This document shows, piece by piece, positions 35,692 through 36,729 of a stretch of DNA of 36,729 nt; the first letter of the stretch is position 1; every line of letters starts with the position of its first letter. Under the pieces are notes generated by a model that was given only the letters and a program-made list of their open reading frames with translations, was not told the origin of the DNA and did not search any database. The stretch spans positions 1 to 36,729 of the IMG/VR virus record IMGVR_UViG_3300026187_001225, one strand, 5' to 3'. The DNA is from a virus (taxonomy: Duplodnaviria; Caudoviricetes). The translations under genes and the position numbers were made by a program.

Positions 35692-36134
35692 TAAAAAGGT
35701 AAACCATCGTCCTCGTTGTCAGCAGGAAAATAAGATTCTGATTCTTCTTTTTTTACTGCGTCTATTAATCCACATGATAATGTTGAAGTTTTGGTTTCTT
35801 CGTTTTTATTTACCCATCCACCAAATTTTTGACTTACAGTTTGACCATTGCCTAAGTCCACTGTGACCGGACCACCTATGTCAGGTGCGTTTTCTCCTGC
35901 ATTACCATCTTTACGATATAATAGACCAACTGATTGCACTAATTCAAACTTGTCATTAGGATTACCATATTTATCTTTCATTGTCGTCTTAAGAATTGCA
36001 TAGTATTTATCTACACCTCTGTCGTTTTCATTTTCAGGGTCTCTTTTGTGATGTATTGAACCCTTCCAAATTACTTTGGAATTATTCTCTTTCCACATAG
36101 TTCCTTTTCTATCTTTTTTTACATATTCTGTCAT
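35691..36134 (-). CDS. Putative single-stranded DNA-binding protein
   Basis: Beta-rich body, APD..G motif and acidic C-terminus ending DDGLPF, like SSB tails. Confidence 0.5.
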   Translation of the reverse strand: MTEYVKKDRKGTMWKENNSKVIWKGSIHHKRDPENENDRGVDKYYAILKTTMKDKYGNPNDKFELVQSVGLLYRKDGNAGENAPDIGGPVTVDLGNGQTVSQKFGGWVNKNEETKTSTLSCGLIDAVKKEESESYFPADNEDDGLPF

Positions 36135-36138
36135 TTTA

Positions 36139-36477
36139 TTATCCTTTTAAATTAAATTTATATTCATAACCTTTTGAGTTAAGCCTTCTTCTTTTTTCTA
36201 CAATCTCACCATATCTTGGCAAGTCATATAATTCTCTACACCTATCTTTACGCATATTTCTTATACAAGCAGATATAGTGTTTTCCCCATAAAATCTTTT
36301 TCTACGAGCATATTCTTCTCCATACCATCCTACATATGCGTTGACAATCTTTTGTTGTATCTCGTGAAACATAAGCCAGTTGTTATTTATGTAACCCATT
36401 CTAAGTGTCATAAATACACAATCATCAACTGTGTATTTGTTTCTTGGTTTCTTTTCAATGCTTTTTGGAACTTCCAT
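36139..36477 (-). CDS. Hypothetical basic protein, possible DNA-binding
   Basis: 112 aa; F.EIQ..I...Y.E.TISA.IR..RK helix-turn-helix-like pattern. Confidence 0.6.
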   Translation of the reverse strand: MEVPKSIEKKPRNKYTVDDCVFMTLRMGYINNNWLMFHEIQQKIVNAYVGWYGEEYARRKRFYGENTISACIRNMRKDRCRELYDLPRYGEIVEKRRRLNSKGYEYKFNLKG

Positions 36478-36728
36478 TATGCATCCTCGTATAGACTTAA
36501 CATCTTATCTAATCTAGAACGATTCTTGTCACCAATCTCAGTTGATTCATATGCAACTAAGATATTGTCTTTGTTATTTGTAAATGCTTTCTTGTGTAAG
36601 ACGTTGCTAGGGTCAGAAAGATTAGAAGCAAGTATCAATAGATAATCTTCTACACTATTTGCAATTACAGACTCACCACCTGTTTTTTCAAACAAAAACT
36701 TAGGTTCTTCTTTGGTTGCAACTTTTGC
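36477..36728 (-). CDS. C-terminal part of a protein truncated by the window edge
   Basis: The frame of the listed ORF stays open to the window end (AKVATKEEPKFLFEKTGG...). Confidence 0.6.
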   Translation of the reverse strand, partial: AKVATKEEPKFLFEKTGGESVIANSVEDYLLILASNLSDPSNVLHKKAFTNNKDNILVAYESTEIGDKNRSRLDKMLSLYEDA

Positions 36729-36729
36729 T

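Overview
AT-rich (roughly one-third GC by eye) segment of a tailed dsDNA phage with siphovirus-type morphogenesis genes, probably from an aquatic Gram-negative host (inferred from spanins, CsgG and GTA-like tail genes). The + strand (1-32280) carries an HK97-type prohead protease and major capsid protein, then a ~10 kb fibre/modification module: a Pro-free, Lys-rich collagen fibre with an S74 chaperone, a tip adhesin, a PRMT-like methyltransferase, an FkbM methyltransferase and a GT25+PLOD-type glycosyltransferase/lysyl hydroxylase fusion. After it come head-tail joining genes, the tail tube, a chaperone with a lambda-type -1 frameshift, tape measure and tail tip genes, a csgF-csgG-curlin-FecR-CHASE2 adenylate cyclase cassette and lysis genes. 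The - strand (32277-36729) carries early-type genes, repeated sigma70-like promoter cassettes and a ~1.1 kb ORF-poor region that looks like a promoter-driven transcript with two large structured RNA domains, each closed by a 22-24 bp long-range helix. Best candidates for new biology: the tandem large ncRNA locus, the curli-pore/FecR/adenylate cyclase module, the collagen hydroxylysine-glycosylation system and the PRMT-like enzyme. All calls come from motif recognition by eye; no database searches were run.
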